A stretch of DNA of 63,319 nt, filler included, from Thraustochytrium aureum (Eukaryota): NCBI GenBank assembly GCA_012862495.1. It is 4 parts of 3 records of this genome, joined end to end, with 100 filler letters (N's around TTAATTAATTAA, not from the genome) between each part and the next. Parts side by side here need not be neighbours in the genome. Positions count along the whole stretch, not along the records: positions 1 to 25,769 come from BLSG01000452.1; 3 more parts are not named here. The stretch is one strand, 5' to 3'. The position numbers and the translations under genes are program-made. Below are positions 11,410 through 22,860 of the stretch, piece by piece. The notes below the pieces were generated by a model. That model was not told where the DNA came from, did not search any database, and saw only the letters and a program-made list of their open reading frames with translations. Every line of letters starts with the position of its first letter. Position 1 is the stretch's first letter.

Positions 11410-12237
11410 GTTGGAGTGCCAAGCGATAGCCTCCTATACGACAGCGACGGGACTACAGAACGAGGGGACAGCTCGAGCGAGTCGGTGGCATCGCCAAACC
11501 TCTCCCAGGCGCCTGCTGCCAAGAGGCTGGTGGGCGGCCGGCTTGGCGCACACGTGCCGGTGAGGGTGTTCGGAGCGCCGCTCGCGCGCGGGTGCGCGAA
11601 CCATGCGCAAATCCCGGCCGTGGTGGGCGACTGTGTGCGCTTTCTGCTATTCGGCGCGCCAGCCAACCAAGAGGGCATCTTTAGGATACCCGGGGAGGAC
11701 TCTGAGGTCGCGATGCTCAAGGAGGCCTACAATAGGGGCGCCCGCCCTTTGCAAGAGCGCGATGGGATCAAGCTTTGTGCGTCAACAAACGCGGTGGGGT
11801 CGCTGCTCAAGGCGTTTTTCCGGGAGCTCCCGGTCCCGGTTGTCCCGCCAGACATGTACGAGCGGGTCATCCAGCTCTGTGCAGCAAGCACAACCGGCGA
11901 TGAATGCACGCTCGCGTATCAGCTGGGCGACCACATGGTGTCAATGCCGCAGGAGAACTTTAACACGCTGGGTTTTCTAGCGCACTTTTTGGCCTTTCTC
12001 GCTGAGAACCGCGCCGTGGAGACCAAAATGACGGCGGAAAATCTCACCTTGGTGTGGGCGCCAAACCTCATGTCGCGCTCGCGCATGACCGGCGCGCCGC
12101 TGGACAGTCGCGAGGCGATGCAGCACTTTGCCGAGCTCCCCCTCGCAGTCAAAGCTGTCAAGTGCATGATATCGCACGCAGAGATTGTTTTTCCTCCCGA
12201 GATGCTCAGCCAGCTGCCGCATTCGCCCGCAGCTTGA
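11410..12237 (+). CDS. RhoGAP-domain protein (C-terminal part; start in gap)
   Basis: VFGAPL..IPAVVGDCVRFL..QEGIFRIPG (arginine finger)..VGSLLKAFFRELPVPVVP..MPQENFNTLGFLAHFL..KMTAENLTLVWAPNL. Confidence 0.9.
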   Translation, partial: VGVPSDSLLYDSDGTTERGDSSSESVASPNLSQAPAAKRLVGGRLGAHVPVRVFGAPLARGCANHAQIPAVVGDCVRFLLFGAPANQEGIFRIPGEDSEVAMLKEAYNRGARPLQERDGIKLCASTNAVGSLLKAFFRELPVPVVPPDMYERVIQLCAASTTGDECTLAYQLGDHMVSMPQENFNTLGFLAHFLAFLAENRAVETKMTAENLTLVWAPNLMSRSRMTGAPLDSREAMQHFAELPLAVKAVKCMISHAEIVFPPEMLSQLPHSPAA

Positions 12238-12956
12238 CCGAAGAAGGCCGGTTTCGCCTCACATCAGAGCAACAGGCGAGGCGTTTGGGAGGGACAGCAT
12301 TGTTTGGGTCGGTTTGGGCGCCAGTAAGCCAAGCGACCTGCTTGCTTGCGCGCTCGGACCGCGACAACCAAAGAGCAAGCGCCTCTGGAGTCTTTCGGGC
12401 CATAACCTGAACTGAAGCGCTCGCAGCTCGCCTGCCTGCTTAGACAGAGATCGCCGGTTGGATGTTTAAGGAGGTCTGCGATCTGAAACGGTCATCGAGG
12501 CAACCGTTGGATGACCCGTCCCAAGGTGCAAACAGATCACGCCTCACCTACGTGCTGAACCACATGGCAAGCGAAGCGAGCGTGATTCCGCTGCACAGGA
12601 AGTGAGTATGCCACCGGTAACTTGCCGCTCACCTCTGCATGGGCCGCTTACCTTTCAGAGAAGCCAAAAGAGACAAATGACCCTTATGGCCTCCGTCAAG
12701 GCAAAAATAGAAAATGTTCCTCATTCCCTCTCACTCGAGCTTGCCAGCTCGCTCACGTAGCACACCAGAGGGCGTCGGTTGAAGCTCTTTTAATTAAGGA
12801 GGGTCCAAACGGGTTAACGTCTCCAGTAGTGCCAAGGTGCCAACGAAAAAGACAGGCATGGCTCCGAGTTGAGCTCGGCAGCAGACACCCAACGCGAGCA
12901 GACAGCAAGAGAGTCAAGCACAAGCGAAAGAAGGAACACGACAACAGAGAGGCAAG

Positions 12957-14930
12957 ATGAAGGCCGGCCTCTTCGCCGCCATCATGGTGGCCGCGCCGAT
13001 GCTGGCGAGCGCAGAGTGCCCGAACGGGTGCAGCGGCCGCGGCACCTGCGGACAAAACGACCAGTGCACCTGCTACCAAGGCCATCGCGGCAACTCATGC
13101 GAGCAGCGCGTCTGCCCGTACGGCAAGGCCTGGGCCACCACCCCGAACGGTGACCTCAACTTTGACGGCAAGCTGGACGGAGCGGCAGTGTACCACAGCG
13201 CTTCGCTCTTCACGAGCCGCGATCACGTCCTGCTCCCGGAAATGGCGGGCGGCACCTGGGAGCTCTGGCCCTCGTTCGCCGTGACCGGTGAAGGCCACTT
13301 CGAGATGGAGTGCTCCAACGCGGGAATCTGCAACAAGGAGGTTGGGCAATGCGAGTGCTTTGCTGGCTACGAAGGCTTCGCGTGCGATCGGATGGCCTGC
13401 CCTGGGGGCAACGACTGCAGTGGCCACGGCCGCTGCATGACGCTCGCCCAGCAGGTCGCGGAGAAGAACAGGGTTGACGGCACGACCATTGCGTACACGC
13501 TGTGGGACGGTGACATGACGCGCTCGTGCAAGTGCGACCCCGGCTACACCGGTGTCGACTGCATGCAGCGCGTCTGCCCGCGCGGCGACGACCCGATGAC
13601 CAAGGTCCACCAAATCGACGACGTTCAGGTCATTCGCATCTGGTCGACTGACGTTGACACGATAGCTAATACGGATGATTTGGGGGGCACTTTCAAGCTC
13701 ACGTACACGGACTTGGAAGGCGAGGCGTTCACGACCGACGCGATCTCGTTCAAGCGCTACGACGGCACTGATAGTGCCGTCGCCGTCGCGACTGACACGA
13801 AAACGGCCCTGGAGGCCCTCCCTATGGGTAAAGTTCCCTCCGTCACTGTGACTGTCGGGTACTGCGAAGAAGTTATCGCCGGGGATTTGGCAGCTAATTT
13901 CGCCGACGGTACTGGCACAGCTCCCACGACGGAGTTTGTTCGCTGTCCTGGTGCAGCGATTACCACCAGTTGTGCAGATGTCATTTGGGATGCCGCGGCA
14001 GGAGACATCTGGGCCGTTGGTGAAAATGATTGCGCTCTTGCAGTAGGGGGGACCGCAGCAGCCTTTGACGCAGCAGCCTCTGGCTGCACCTACATTGCGC
14101 TTCCGCGTTGCACGGAGATCACCGTCAAGTTCACCGACCCTGCCAACAGCGGCCCTCAAAAACTTCTCAAAGTCGACCACACAAGCGTCACTTTGGACGG
14201 TCTCACAAACGCGCAGCAAGGAGGCAGCCCATCGATTAGCTCAGATGTGTCGAAGACTCGTGAGCTGGCACATGACGGAGACATCGGCTTTCATGTTGCT
14301 TCCGAGGCTTCCGTCATTGATGCTGGCACACCTGGCACCGTGGCCAGTGCGACGATTACCCTCGGCACGGGTGCGACAATCGCAGGCGCCACCGTTTACC
14401 CTGCAGGCGCTAAAGTGTTAATCAGCTGCCTGAAAGGCGGTACTGGGACGGCGTGGTCTGAAATGGGAACCTACGAAATTGCCACAACCGTCGCTATTGC
14501 GGATAGTGCAGTCATAGTGCTCACACAGGAGCTGAACGACCCGCTTGACAAGTGCAAGACAACTAGTGACCACGTCAAAATCGAGCTCAAGACGAACTTT
14601 CTCGAGACCACGCACAACTGGCAGTACAGCAAAATCTCAAGCGCGGGATTCGCGTTCAAGATCGGAACAAAGGAGATTACAGCGTCAGCGGCTTCTGTCA
14701 CGTTTGCGGGCACAAAGGGATACATCCTTTTGTCGGAGACGCCGGCTGGTGTCGCAGCGGAAACATTCGCGACTATGGACATTTTTATGAACGGCGCCGG
14801 CACCAAAGAGGCCGACACCTGCTCCGGCCGCGGCAACTGCGACAGCGAGACCGGCATGTGCCAGTGCTTTAAGGGCTACAGCGGCGAGCGCTGCGACACG
14901 CAGAACGCGCTGTGGGTCGGCGGCAACTGA
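12957..14930 (+). CDS. Secreted EGF-repeat tubular mastigoneme protein (Sig1/Ocm1-like)
   Basis: Signal peptide, ECPNGCSGRGTC..RVCPYGKAW..TPNGDLNFDG, EGHFEMECSNAGIC..CECFAGYEGFACDRMACP..CSGHGRC, YTLWDGDMTRSCKCDPGYTGVDC.QRVCPRGDDP, and terminal EGF GTKEADTCSGRGNCD..CQCFKGYSGERCDTQNAL. This is the architecture of stramenopile mastigoneme proteins. Confidence 0.82.
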   Translation: MKAGLFAAIMVAAPMLASAECPNGCSGRGTCGQNDQCTCYQGHRGNSCEQRVCPYGKAWATTPNGDLNFDGKLDGAAVYHSASLFTSRDHVLLPEMAGGTWELWPSFAVTGEGHFEMECSNAGICNKEVGQCECFAGYEGFACDRMACPGGNDCSGHGRCMTLAQQVAEKNRVDGTTIAYTLWDGDMTRSCKCDPGYTGVDCMQRVCPRGDDPMTKVHQIDDVQVIRIWSTDVDTIANTDDLGGTFKLTYTDLEGEAFTTDAISFKRYDGTDSAVAVATDTKTALEALPMGKVPSVTVTVGYCEEVIAGDLAANFADGTGTAPTTEFVRCPGAAITTSCADVIWDAAAGDIWAVGENDCALAVGGTAAAFDAAASGCTYIALPRCTEITVKFTDPANSGPQKLLKVDHTSVTLDGLTNAQQGGSPSISSDVSKTRELAHDGDIGFHVASEASVIDAGTPGTVASATITLGTGATIAGATVYPAGAKVLISCLKGGTGTAWSEMGTYEIATTVAIADSAVIVLTQELNDPLDKCKTTSDHVKIELKTNFLETTHNWQYSKISSAGFAFKIGTKEITASAASVTFAGTKGYILLSETPAGVAAETFATMDIFMNGAGTKEADTCSGRGNCDSETGMCQCFKGYSGERCDTQNALWVGGN

Positions 14931-15439
14931 GGCCCCGATCCGAAAGGACACCGCGCCTTCGCGCGCGAGAGCTTACAAATCAGAACAATCACATTCCACA
15001 GTCAACCCAACTACTCTTCTACCTGCATCTGCGAGATCTGCCCATACATGCGCCATCAACGACCGACCCCATTGCCAAGTGGTCTGCAACAACCGCCTCG
15101 ATTTGCCATCCTCATGGCTGAGACGACGAGGAACAAAATAGCCGTTTGCATGCACCTATCCGTTAAGCGACGCCCGTCGACTTGGTTGGCGCGCTCAGCC
15201 ATCAGACACAGGCACGCAGGCTGCCGGCAGGCGCTGGCAACTGCGCCCTGTTTGTTGCTGGCTCTCGCAGAGTATCCTGTAAGACTCCTTACGAAGCGTG
15301 TCGTTGTGATGACGGTGCGCTTTGCCGCCACAACGCATACGTCAGAGAGACATTGTCGGTCCCGGAAGCGACTCGAAGCATTCGCCCTTCGAGCTGGCAG
15401 CGACTTGCAGCAGGGCTGCGGCTGCTGAGCGGTGCAGCA

Positions 15440-17418
15440 ATGGGTTTGTACGTGGCGGCTTTGGCCCTGACGCTCTGCATGTTCGTGCAATGCGCACTTG
15501 GCGCTGGCGCGCACGGGCCACCCCGAACGGCGTACGTCAAGCTCGCCGTGATGAGCGACGCAACTCGAGCGCACCTCGCCGAGTCGCGAACTCGGGACGA
15601 GGGCGAGGCTGCCGTGGCACATGCACAGCTGCTGTTTGACAAGCTCGCCGTAGAGATGCAAGTCAGAGTGGAGCTCCAAGTGGTCTCGAACGTGGTGCTT
15701 GGCGAGCACGGTTGGTGGGAGCTCAGCGGGAAGCGGACCTTTGCGAGCATGCAAAAGTCGCTTGTCTCTTGGCTGTGGCGCTGGCGCCCAAGCGGGCCGC
15801 CTGGCCTTGCCGACCCTGAGGCGATCGTTTGCCTCTTGACGGAAGCCAACCGTGGAGCGACGCGTCGGCCGGTTTCTCAGCCTTGGGTGGAATTGACGCG
15901 GACAGGTTTGATCCGGCGATTGTCGTGGACGCCAGCACGAGGTCGGTGCCGGCGATCGGAACGCGAATCGCGCAGCTGGTGGCGCGATCCCTCGGCGTTC
16001 CGTTCGACGGGGTCAACGCACGCGGGGGCTTGGCGTTAGCACAGCCTTGCGATGCAGCGAGCGGGTCGATCATGCAGGAAGACTTGGCTCACGCGGTGGC
16101 TGCAGAAGCTCTCTCTCCTTGGTCGGCCTGCTCGAGAGCCTGGGCGACACTCGCCTTGACAGGCAGAGCGGACGATTCTGCTGTGTGCCGCTCTGGCGAA
16201 TGCCACTTTGCAGGGGTTGGCTGGACGAGGCTAGCGCAGCGGTTCGAGGCGGGGGTCCCCGGACCAACCTGCGGCGACGGGGTCTTGGATCCCGGTGAGC
16301 AGTGCGACTGCTTTGGTATCGCCTGCGATGGTTGCTGCAACATGGCCACATGCCAGCTCGCAGAAGGTGCCGAGTGCTCGAGTGCGGATGCGTGCTGTAC
16401 GCCCACGTGCAAGCCGCGGCCTCGTGGGGCGTCTTGCCGCGGTTCCTTGCACGAAGCGTGCGACGAGCCGGAGGTCTGCGACGGCGAGTCTGCCAGCTGC
16501 CCCGCCGACAAGCGCGCCAGAACAGGCACCGCTTGCACCATCCAGGGCCGGGAAGGCGCGTGTTTTGCAGGGGAGTGCGTGCTTTCTCTCTTGCAGCGAT
16601 GCAGATTGAGCTCCTTTATGCACTCCTGCAACGAGGACCTGTCGGGGTTTCGGCAAGGCTGCGGCGAGCTCCGCTGCTCTGGTCCAATCGGAATCGCCTC
16701 GGAGCCGGACACATGTTTTGCAAGTGACGCGCAGACCCGCCGCGTTGCACCGACGGTTCCCGACGGGACGCTGTGCGGGGTGAGGTCGAACGGGGTCTGC
16801 AAAAGCCTGCAGTGTGTTTCGTTCGAAGACTTGGCTCAGCCAGTGCCTGGGGCCTGCTCGAATGGAATCCTTGACGGAAACGAAACGGACGTTGACTGCG
16901 GCGGGGCTCAGTGCTACGCGTGTGGTGTTGCAAAGTCGTGCAGGACCAAGCGCGACTGCTTTGACGGGGAAACGTACGGCCACGGCGTTGATTGTGTAGC
17001 TGGGCTTTGCCAGGCCGACGCGTCCCCAAGGCGAGAGCCGTCTTATTGGGTTGACGACGTTGCCAACTTTTTCGCGAACAGGCCCGCGATTGCTTTTGCA
17101 ATACTCGCGGCTAGTGTGGTGGTGTTGGCCGCCTTATTACAATTTGCGTCATCCTGCGAGGCAATGCGATCCGTCGCAGTCGCGAGGACCCTGTTGCGTG
17201 TCGGCGGCGGCGGGACCGAGCAAGGGTGCTGCGCGACGCGCAGCGGCGACGGGTCTCGAATGGCGCTCGAGGAGGCTTGCACGTTGTTGTTCCTGACGAC
17301 TCTCGTCGCGCTCAGCGTTTGGCATCTACGGTCCGCGCCTTGGAGAAGCTCAATGCTCTCAAAGACGCATCCACGGCCAAGCGCGGAAAGCCGTTCCGGC
17401 AGACAACTGTCAGCCTGA
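15440..17418 (+). CDS. ADAM-like disintegrin/Cys-rich membrane protein with degenerate metalloprotease site (frameshift near 15845)
   Basis: Signal peptide MGLYVAALALTLCMFVQCALG; reprolysin-like YVKLAVMSD; disintegrin CGDGVLDPGEQCDC..CC..TCQLAEGAECS..DACC..CDEPEVCDGESASCPAD; VPDGTLCG; CSNGILDGNETDVDCGG; hydrophobic IAFAILAASVVVLAALL. Confidence 0.8.
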
Positions 17419-17419
17419 C

Positions 17420-17854
17420 GTGTCCCGTCGATGGGCCTGCCAGCGGTGCGGTGTGATGAACAATGGTCTATTTCTGCAATGCATGGCCTGCAGCCAGCGC
17501 ATCGAGGTTGCCGACGCGCTTGGACTTACACTCGCATTCGACATTGACTTTTGCTCTGACGAGGAAGCGGACAAGCCACGCGCGGCGAGCAAGGACGACA
17601 TAGCTCGAGAAGGGGGGCCGTGGTGCACCGAGCGAGGAGAGTGCCCTGGACGGGAGCGAGGGGAGCGTCTGCACGCCTTCAGCGGCTTGCCCATCGCCGG
17701 TGCAAGGCCGACGTGGGTTTTTCATAGACCGCGTCATCGCTGGCTCCGTGCGGTCTTTGCCACGCCACGGGGGGGTGGAGGACGCGGTCGAGGCCGATGC
17801 AGCGGAGCACGACAAGCTGCATGGCTGGTAGACGTCTCCGAAAGCTTCTGTTGA
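17420..17854 (+). CDS. RanBP2-type zinc-finger segment, probably the frameshifted cytoplasmic tail of the ADAM-like gene
   Basis: WACQRCGVMNNGLFLQCMAC (17432-17491) fits W-x-C-x2-C-x3-N-x6-C-x2-C; no in-frame ATG precedes it. Confidence 0.55.
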   Translation: MSRRWACQRCGVMNNGLFLQCMACSQRIEVADALGLTLAFDIDFCSDEEADKPRAASKDDIAREGGPWCTERGECPGRERGERLHAFSGLPIAGARPTWVFHRPRHRWLRAVFATPRGGGGRGRGRCSGARQAAWLVDVSESFC

Positions 17855-18421
17855 TATTTGGCGAGTACACTTGCGCAAGAGTTCCTGTTGTCTGTCTCAT
17901 CATCGTGGTGCATGGGCTGCGGGCAGGTGTAGCGCTTTCGACGTACATCGTAGCTTGCGTTGCAAACTTTGACATCTGGCAAAAGGGCGAATGTAGGGCT
18001 CCATAAGTAATCCTTCAAGCTGCCCCGAGACTCGCTGCACTTTCCAAACTAACTAAAGAAGAAGCAAGGGGGAGTTGGCTTGCTGAACAGTGCAAAGGGC
18101 TCCAGCTCGCACGCGCGAATAAGACCCAAGAGCCTGCTCGGCTCTCCTGCTGGGAGAGTGATCGCCCAGGTCCTCGCCCATCCTGGGCATCATCTGGAAA
18201 TCTCTGTCAAGAAGGCCCGTTCGAAGGCCTGCATCAACGGGAAACGCACTTTGTCGCGGCCACCTGTTGCATCATCCACAGGATCAACCAACGTGCCCTC
18301 TTCATCCTGAGCGCTCCTGCGTCACCAACCAAGTCGCCCTCGAGGTCCAGAGCATCCAGAGCATCCAGAGCATCCGCATCATCATCGGCCGGCAACCCAC
18401 CAAGTCGTCTTCGGAAACAAC

Positions 18422-18658
18422 TCGGCCGCGAAAAGCGTCCTCGCGCAGCACATGAAGAGCACCGCCTTGTGGACGCGCTTGCCATCTCGCGCTTCCTGCG
18501 CAGCATCATCAGCACGACCAGAATCTACGCAAGACCTCCAGGTCGGCCGCGAAAAGCGTCCTCGCGCAGCACATGAAGAGCACCGCCTTGTGGACGCGCT
18601 TGCCACCTGCGCAGCATCATCAGCACGACCAGGATCTACGCAAGACCTCCAGGTCGGC
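18422..18658. repeat. Two-copy tandem direct repeat, period 121 bp
   Basis: tcggccgcgaaaagcgtcctcgcgcagcacatgaagagcaccgccttgtggacgcgcttgcca begins at 18422 and at 18543; copy 2 is ~10 nt shorter. Flanked by (gagcatcca)3 near 18350 and (GCAG)n at 18682-18727. Confidence 0.92.
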
Positions 18659-18695
18659 GAGTCCGCCAAGCTCGCGTGAACGGCAGGCAGGCGGG

Positions 18696-18727
<32 letters not shown>

Positions 18728-18952
18728 TCACCTCGTCCAAGTCGCGCGCCGTGCGCAGAGCCTGAAAACCCAAACGCTCGGCGAGCGCGNNNNNNNNNNN
18801 NNNNNNNNNNNNNNNNNNNNNNNNNNNNNNNNNNNNATGGACGAGGTCGGGCCGGCGACGGCGACGACGAGGGCGGCGAGCGAGGTGGACGCGCCACGGC
18901 GCCTTGGGACGCGCAGGGAGAGGGCCTCGCGACCGGCGCGGACGGGTTTCCG

Positions 18953-20763
18953 ATGGAGATGAAGGTGCCTGGCGGCGGCCGGCGGCGGTTCGCGGCGGGA
19001 AGCGTGGACTATGGCGTCCAAGGACGCCAAGCGGTGAGCAACACGGTGTACTCGGAGAGCGACAGCGAGCAGGACGAGGAGGAGCGTACTGCGGTGGTCG
19101 GCGATCCCACGAGCAGCTTTATTGGCGAGGTGGCCCGCGGCCAGCGCCAGCGAGATTCGCCCGAGACTCGCCACAGCGCAGGCCCACGCGCAAGGCCAAC
19201 AGGGGCGAGCGGGGAACGTTTCACGACAGGCGCTACCTCGTGGACGAGGCCGCGGGCTTTTTGCTGAGCTCGATGAGGGGCAAAGACGGCGACGCGCTGC
19301 CAACCGCACAGACGCTGTTCAAGGTGCTGGCAGAGCGGCCCGGCGCGGCCGACGAGCCAGCCGCGGTCGAGTCAGACGCATCCAGGCGGCCCGCCAACAC
19401 GCAGGATGGCAGGTCGCGGCAGAGCACACGAGCGTCGCTGCGCGAGACGATGCTCGCAACAGCGAGGCAGTCGCGCGACAACTTTGAGGGCTACTGCGTC
19501 GACGACGCGGCAAGCAGCGGGCTGTCCGAGATTGAATTTGTGCAGTCGTGCCTGCGCGGCGAGCTCGCAGTCGTTGAGCGCACTCTCGCGATGTGCCACG
19601 AGCAGGATATCGTGGCGCTGCTCTCTTGGGGCAACCACCTTGGCCAGACGGCGCTGCACCGACTTGCGGCAATGAGCCGCCCGCAGCACTCGCAAGAGCA
19701 GCTGCGCATCGCAGAGTTGTTGCTCGAGCGCGGAGCCGACCCGAACCGATTCGACCACCTTGGGTGGACACCAATCTTTTACGCTGTGCAGCAAGGCCAC
19801 CGCGCCATGATTGGCTTGTTCTGCGAGGGCGGCGCCGACCTCGGGCTCTACGACCGACCGAGCGACCTCACCGCGGGTCGGGATTTCGGCGCCACGGCGC
19901 TTTTTCGGGGCGAGGCGCCGCTTGACCTTGGGGCAAGGCGCACGAGCCTAGGCCCGCGGCGTTCGAGCGTGCAGCCGCGGCACACTGTGGCCGGCTCGTT
20001 GCTCGGCCGGCGCGCCTCCTCCGCGGCCGAGCACGCAGGCGTGATCGATCCGACTGGGGCCCTGGTCGCGCGCGGCGCGACGCTCATCCACGAAGTGCGA
20101 ACGGTGTTTGAATGGTGCAAAGCAATCCAGAGCCCGAAGACGCTCGCGTACCTGCAGCAGTTTACCTTTATTCGGGTGGAGCAGCCGTCGCGTCGACTGC
20201 GCGGGTTCCTGCCGCTCGTGTACCCAAGTACCGAAGCCCCGGACCCGCTGTCAGTCAGTTGGGTCAGTCACGTGAACACCAAACGGTTTCGGCTGCTGCT
20301 TCACATCGTCGGGACGCAGTCTTCCTTTGCCGCTGTGGCGGCCAAGGAAGGAGCTCCGCCTGTGAGTACGTTGGGGCGCGCCTGCGAGTACGCGACAGAG
20401 ATAATTCTCCGCGACGCGCGCTCGTTCGTGACCGGCGCGCCCGTCACTCTTGGCAGCTCGCCTGCGCGTTTTTCGACCATGTCCGCAGACGACGGGAGTG
20501 TAAACATGCGGCAAACGCTCTTGGGCGAGTTTGGCTGGCAGGGGGACTGGGCGGCGCGCGGGGCGGCAGGTGTGTCGACTTCGAATACCATCGTCATTGA
20601 CGGAGACGCCTGCGGGTGTAGCGCGGTGTGGCAGCCGTCGCCGACGCTTTGGCAGTCTGTCCACGCAGACAGCCTCGCGCTCTTTGAGGTCGTGCACGCC
20701 AAGAACGACGGGATCCGCGGCCTCTCCGAGGTATTTCCTCTCTTCAAGCACCTCGCGGACTAG
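18953..20763 (+). CDS. Ankyrin-repeat protein (start uncertain; frameshift near 19130-19190)
   Basis: LGQTALHRLAAM..IAELLLERGADPNRFDHLGWTPIFYAVQQGHRAMIGLFCEGGADL. Confidence 0.8.
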
Positions 20764-20802
20764 GAATCTGTTTGTGGTGTAGCAAACTTGTTTGTGGTGT
20801 TG

Positions 20803-20804
<2 letters not shown>

Positions 20805-20833
<29 letters not shown>
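20805..20833. repeat. (CTG)n trinucleotide microsatellite
   Basis: ctgctgctgctgctgctgctgctgctg run. Confidence 0.9.
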
Positions 20834-20834
<1 letters not shown>

Positions 20835-21788
20835 CTATTCTTTGTTGCGCGTCGCTTGGGAGGGGTCATGGTTTGCGTTGTCTTGCTAGCACAAGAGGTT
20901 TGCGAGCCCCACAGGCAGGTAGGCAAGGTGGTCCAATGCAAGAACGCCGAGGAGGCGGTGGCCGCGATGGAGCGCGGAGGAGCGTGGATTGAGTGAGCTT
21001 CTGACAAGCTGTCGAGCGCGCTCGTTCCTGCCTCGGGTCTGCGTGCATCAGACAGGGCCTGCANNNNNNNNNNNNNNNNNNNNNNNNNNNNNNNNNNNNN
21101 NNNNNNNNNNNNNNNNNNNNNNNNNNNNNNNNNNNNNNNNNNNNNNNNNNNNNNNNNNNNNNNNNNNNNNNNNNNNNNNNNNNNNNNNNNNNNNNNNNNN
21201 NNNNNNNNNNNNNNNNNNNNNNNNNNNNNNNNNNNNNNNNNNNNNNNNNNNNNNNNNNNNNNTGCGCGGCCGCACAGCTCTGTACCAACTTGCGCGACCA
21301 TCTACATTACTGAAAATTGATTGAAACGAAGACAACGACAACAGTATCAGCTCCTGCTGGTACAGGCTGCCTTCGTCTTTAGCGTCTCCTTCGATGTCAA
21401 CCCCAGCGGCACCACGGATCACCACCCGAGTCACCACCGGCAACACCGGCATTGCTCATGGTGCTGGGTCGGACGCCTGCCGTCCTCAAGTGCGCATTCG
21501 TGCTTCGTCGGTGTGTACTCTGAGTTGGACTCACCGCCACGCCACACACCACTCGCGCAGCACACCGCCTTGCGCGCTCGCGGGCACGCACGCACTCGAG
21601 CGAGGCAGGCGGCGATCGCGCGTTGGCGCAGCAGGACGCAGCAGCCGCGGGCGCGCGAGGGGCCTGCTGTTCGCTCGGGGACCTGCAGGAGTAAGAAGTA
21701 CTCTGCGAGTCTACGAGGTGACCTGGCACGCGGGGGCGAGGGAGGGCGGGCGTCTCCAGGTCGGCGGGCAACGGGCAGTCTCGGCGCG

Positions 21789-22820
21789 ATGGCGGTGCGC
21801 AGCGCTTCCGGCGGAGGCAAGATGTTCAAGGTCACGCTTGCGGAGAGGCTGACGGTGTTCAAGGAGAGGATGCTGTTCGGGGGCCGCAGCAACGAGCCCG
21901 CCGAGTTTTTGGTCGTGTACAACAAGCTCGTGCGCCTGCGCGAGCAGCTGCACACCGTGGAGAAGGGCATCAAGCTCTGGGCGAAGAGCAGCAAGAGCCT
22001 GTCGAATTCGGCCGCGTTTCTGGCGCGCGCCGTCGAGACCGATCAGGAGGTGTACCTGCAGCTCGTGGCGGACATGCAAGCCCAACTCGACGACAGGACG
22101 ACCAGCAAGGCGATCCGAATGAAGATCAGCATGCTGGACGAGCTCGTGCGCGACCGCAAGGTTCTCATCACCTTGCGGCACCTACGCAACCGGCAGGCGC
22201 GGAAGGTCAAGGCCGCGATGGAGAAGGACCTGGACGAGGAGTCGAAGAACAAGGTCCTCCGCGCGGAGACGGCCGCAAAGGTCCGCTACGACGAGCACTA
22301 CGCGCAGCTGCTGGCGAGCTTGCGCTTCGTGGTGGGCGAGGCCGACGAGAAAGGCCACTGCAGCCTGATCTCGCCCGAGCTCGCCGCATTCAAGCTCGAA
22401 CAGTTCCAGTTTTTCCTCAACTGCCAAAAGATCATCCAAGGCTCCGAGAAGGACGACGCGCGCAACCTGAGTGAAGAGTGGAACCAGTTCACGTCGCAGC
22501 TCGACTCGGAGCGCCAAGATGCCAAGACAGGGGTTGCTCGGGCCTACGAGGCCGAGTTGCAGGCCGCGTTCTCGGCCACGGGCCCTCCGACCGGCGAGAA
22601 GCGAATTAGCAAGCGGTCCAGCGGCAAGCGGTCCAGCGGCAAGCGCAGCCACGAGCCTGCGGAAGACTTCAACTCGGACTATGCCGCGTCAGCGGACGAG
22701 CAAGAAGAGGACGAGCACGAGGAGGACGCGAGCGAGGACGAGGCTGTCCCGGTCAGCCCGCAAATCCTTGGTGGCCGCAACGGCTCCACCGTCGACACGA
22801 GCAAGCGCGCCGTGGACCAG

Positions 22821-22852
<32 letters not shown>

Positions 22853-22860
22853 AGAAGAAG
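21789..22860 (+). CDS. Helical coiled-coil protein with acidic tail, possibly BAR-like (3' end in gap)
   Basis: Strong GC3 codon bias; ~230-aa helical region (SNEPAEFLVVYNKLVRLREQLHTVEKGIKLW..), then KRSSG repeats and poly-D/E. The BAR resemblance is tentative. Confidence 0.65.

Noticed and set aside
9927..11720. Long ORFs spanning N-gaps (also at 22471, 27357, 33720 and 54242)
   Set aside because: Their length is an artefact of translating Ns.
20868..20996. Short ORF MVCVVLLAQEVCEP..GAWIE
   Set aside because: Only 42 aa with no recognisable homology; insufficient support.
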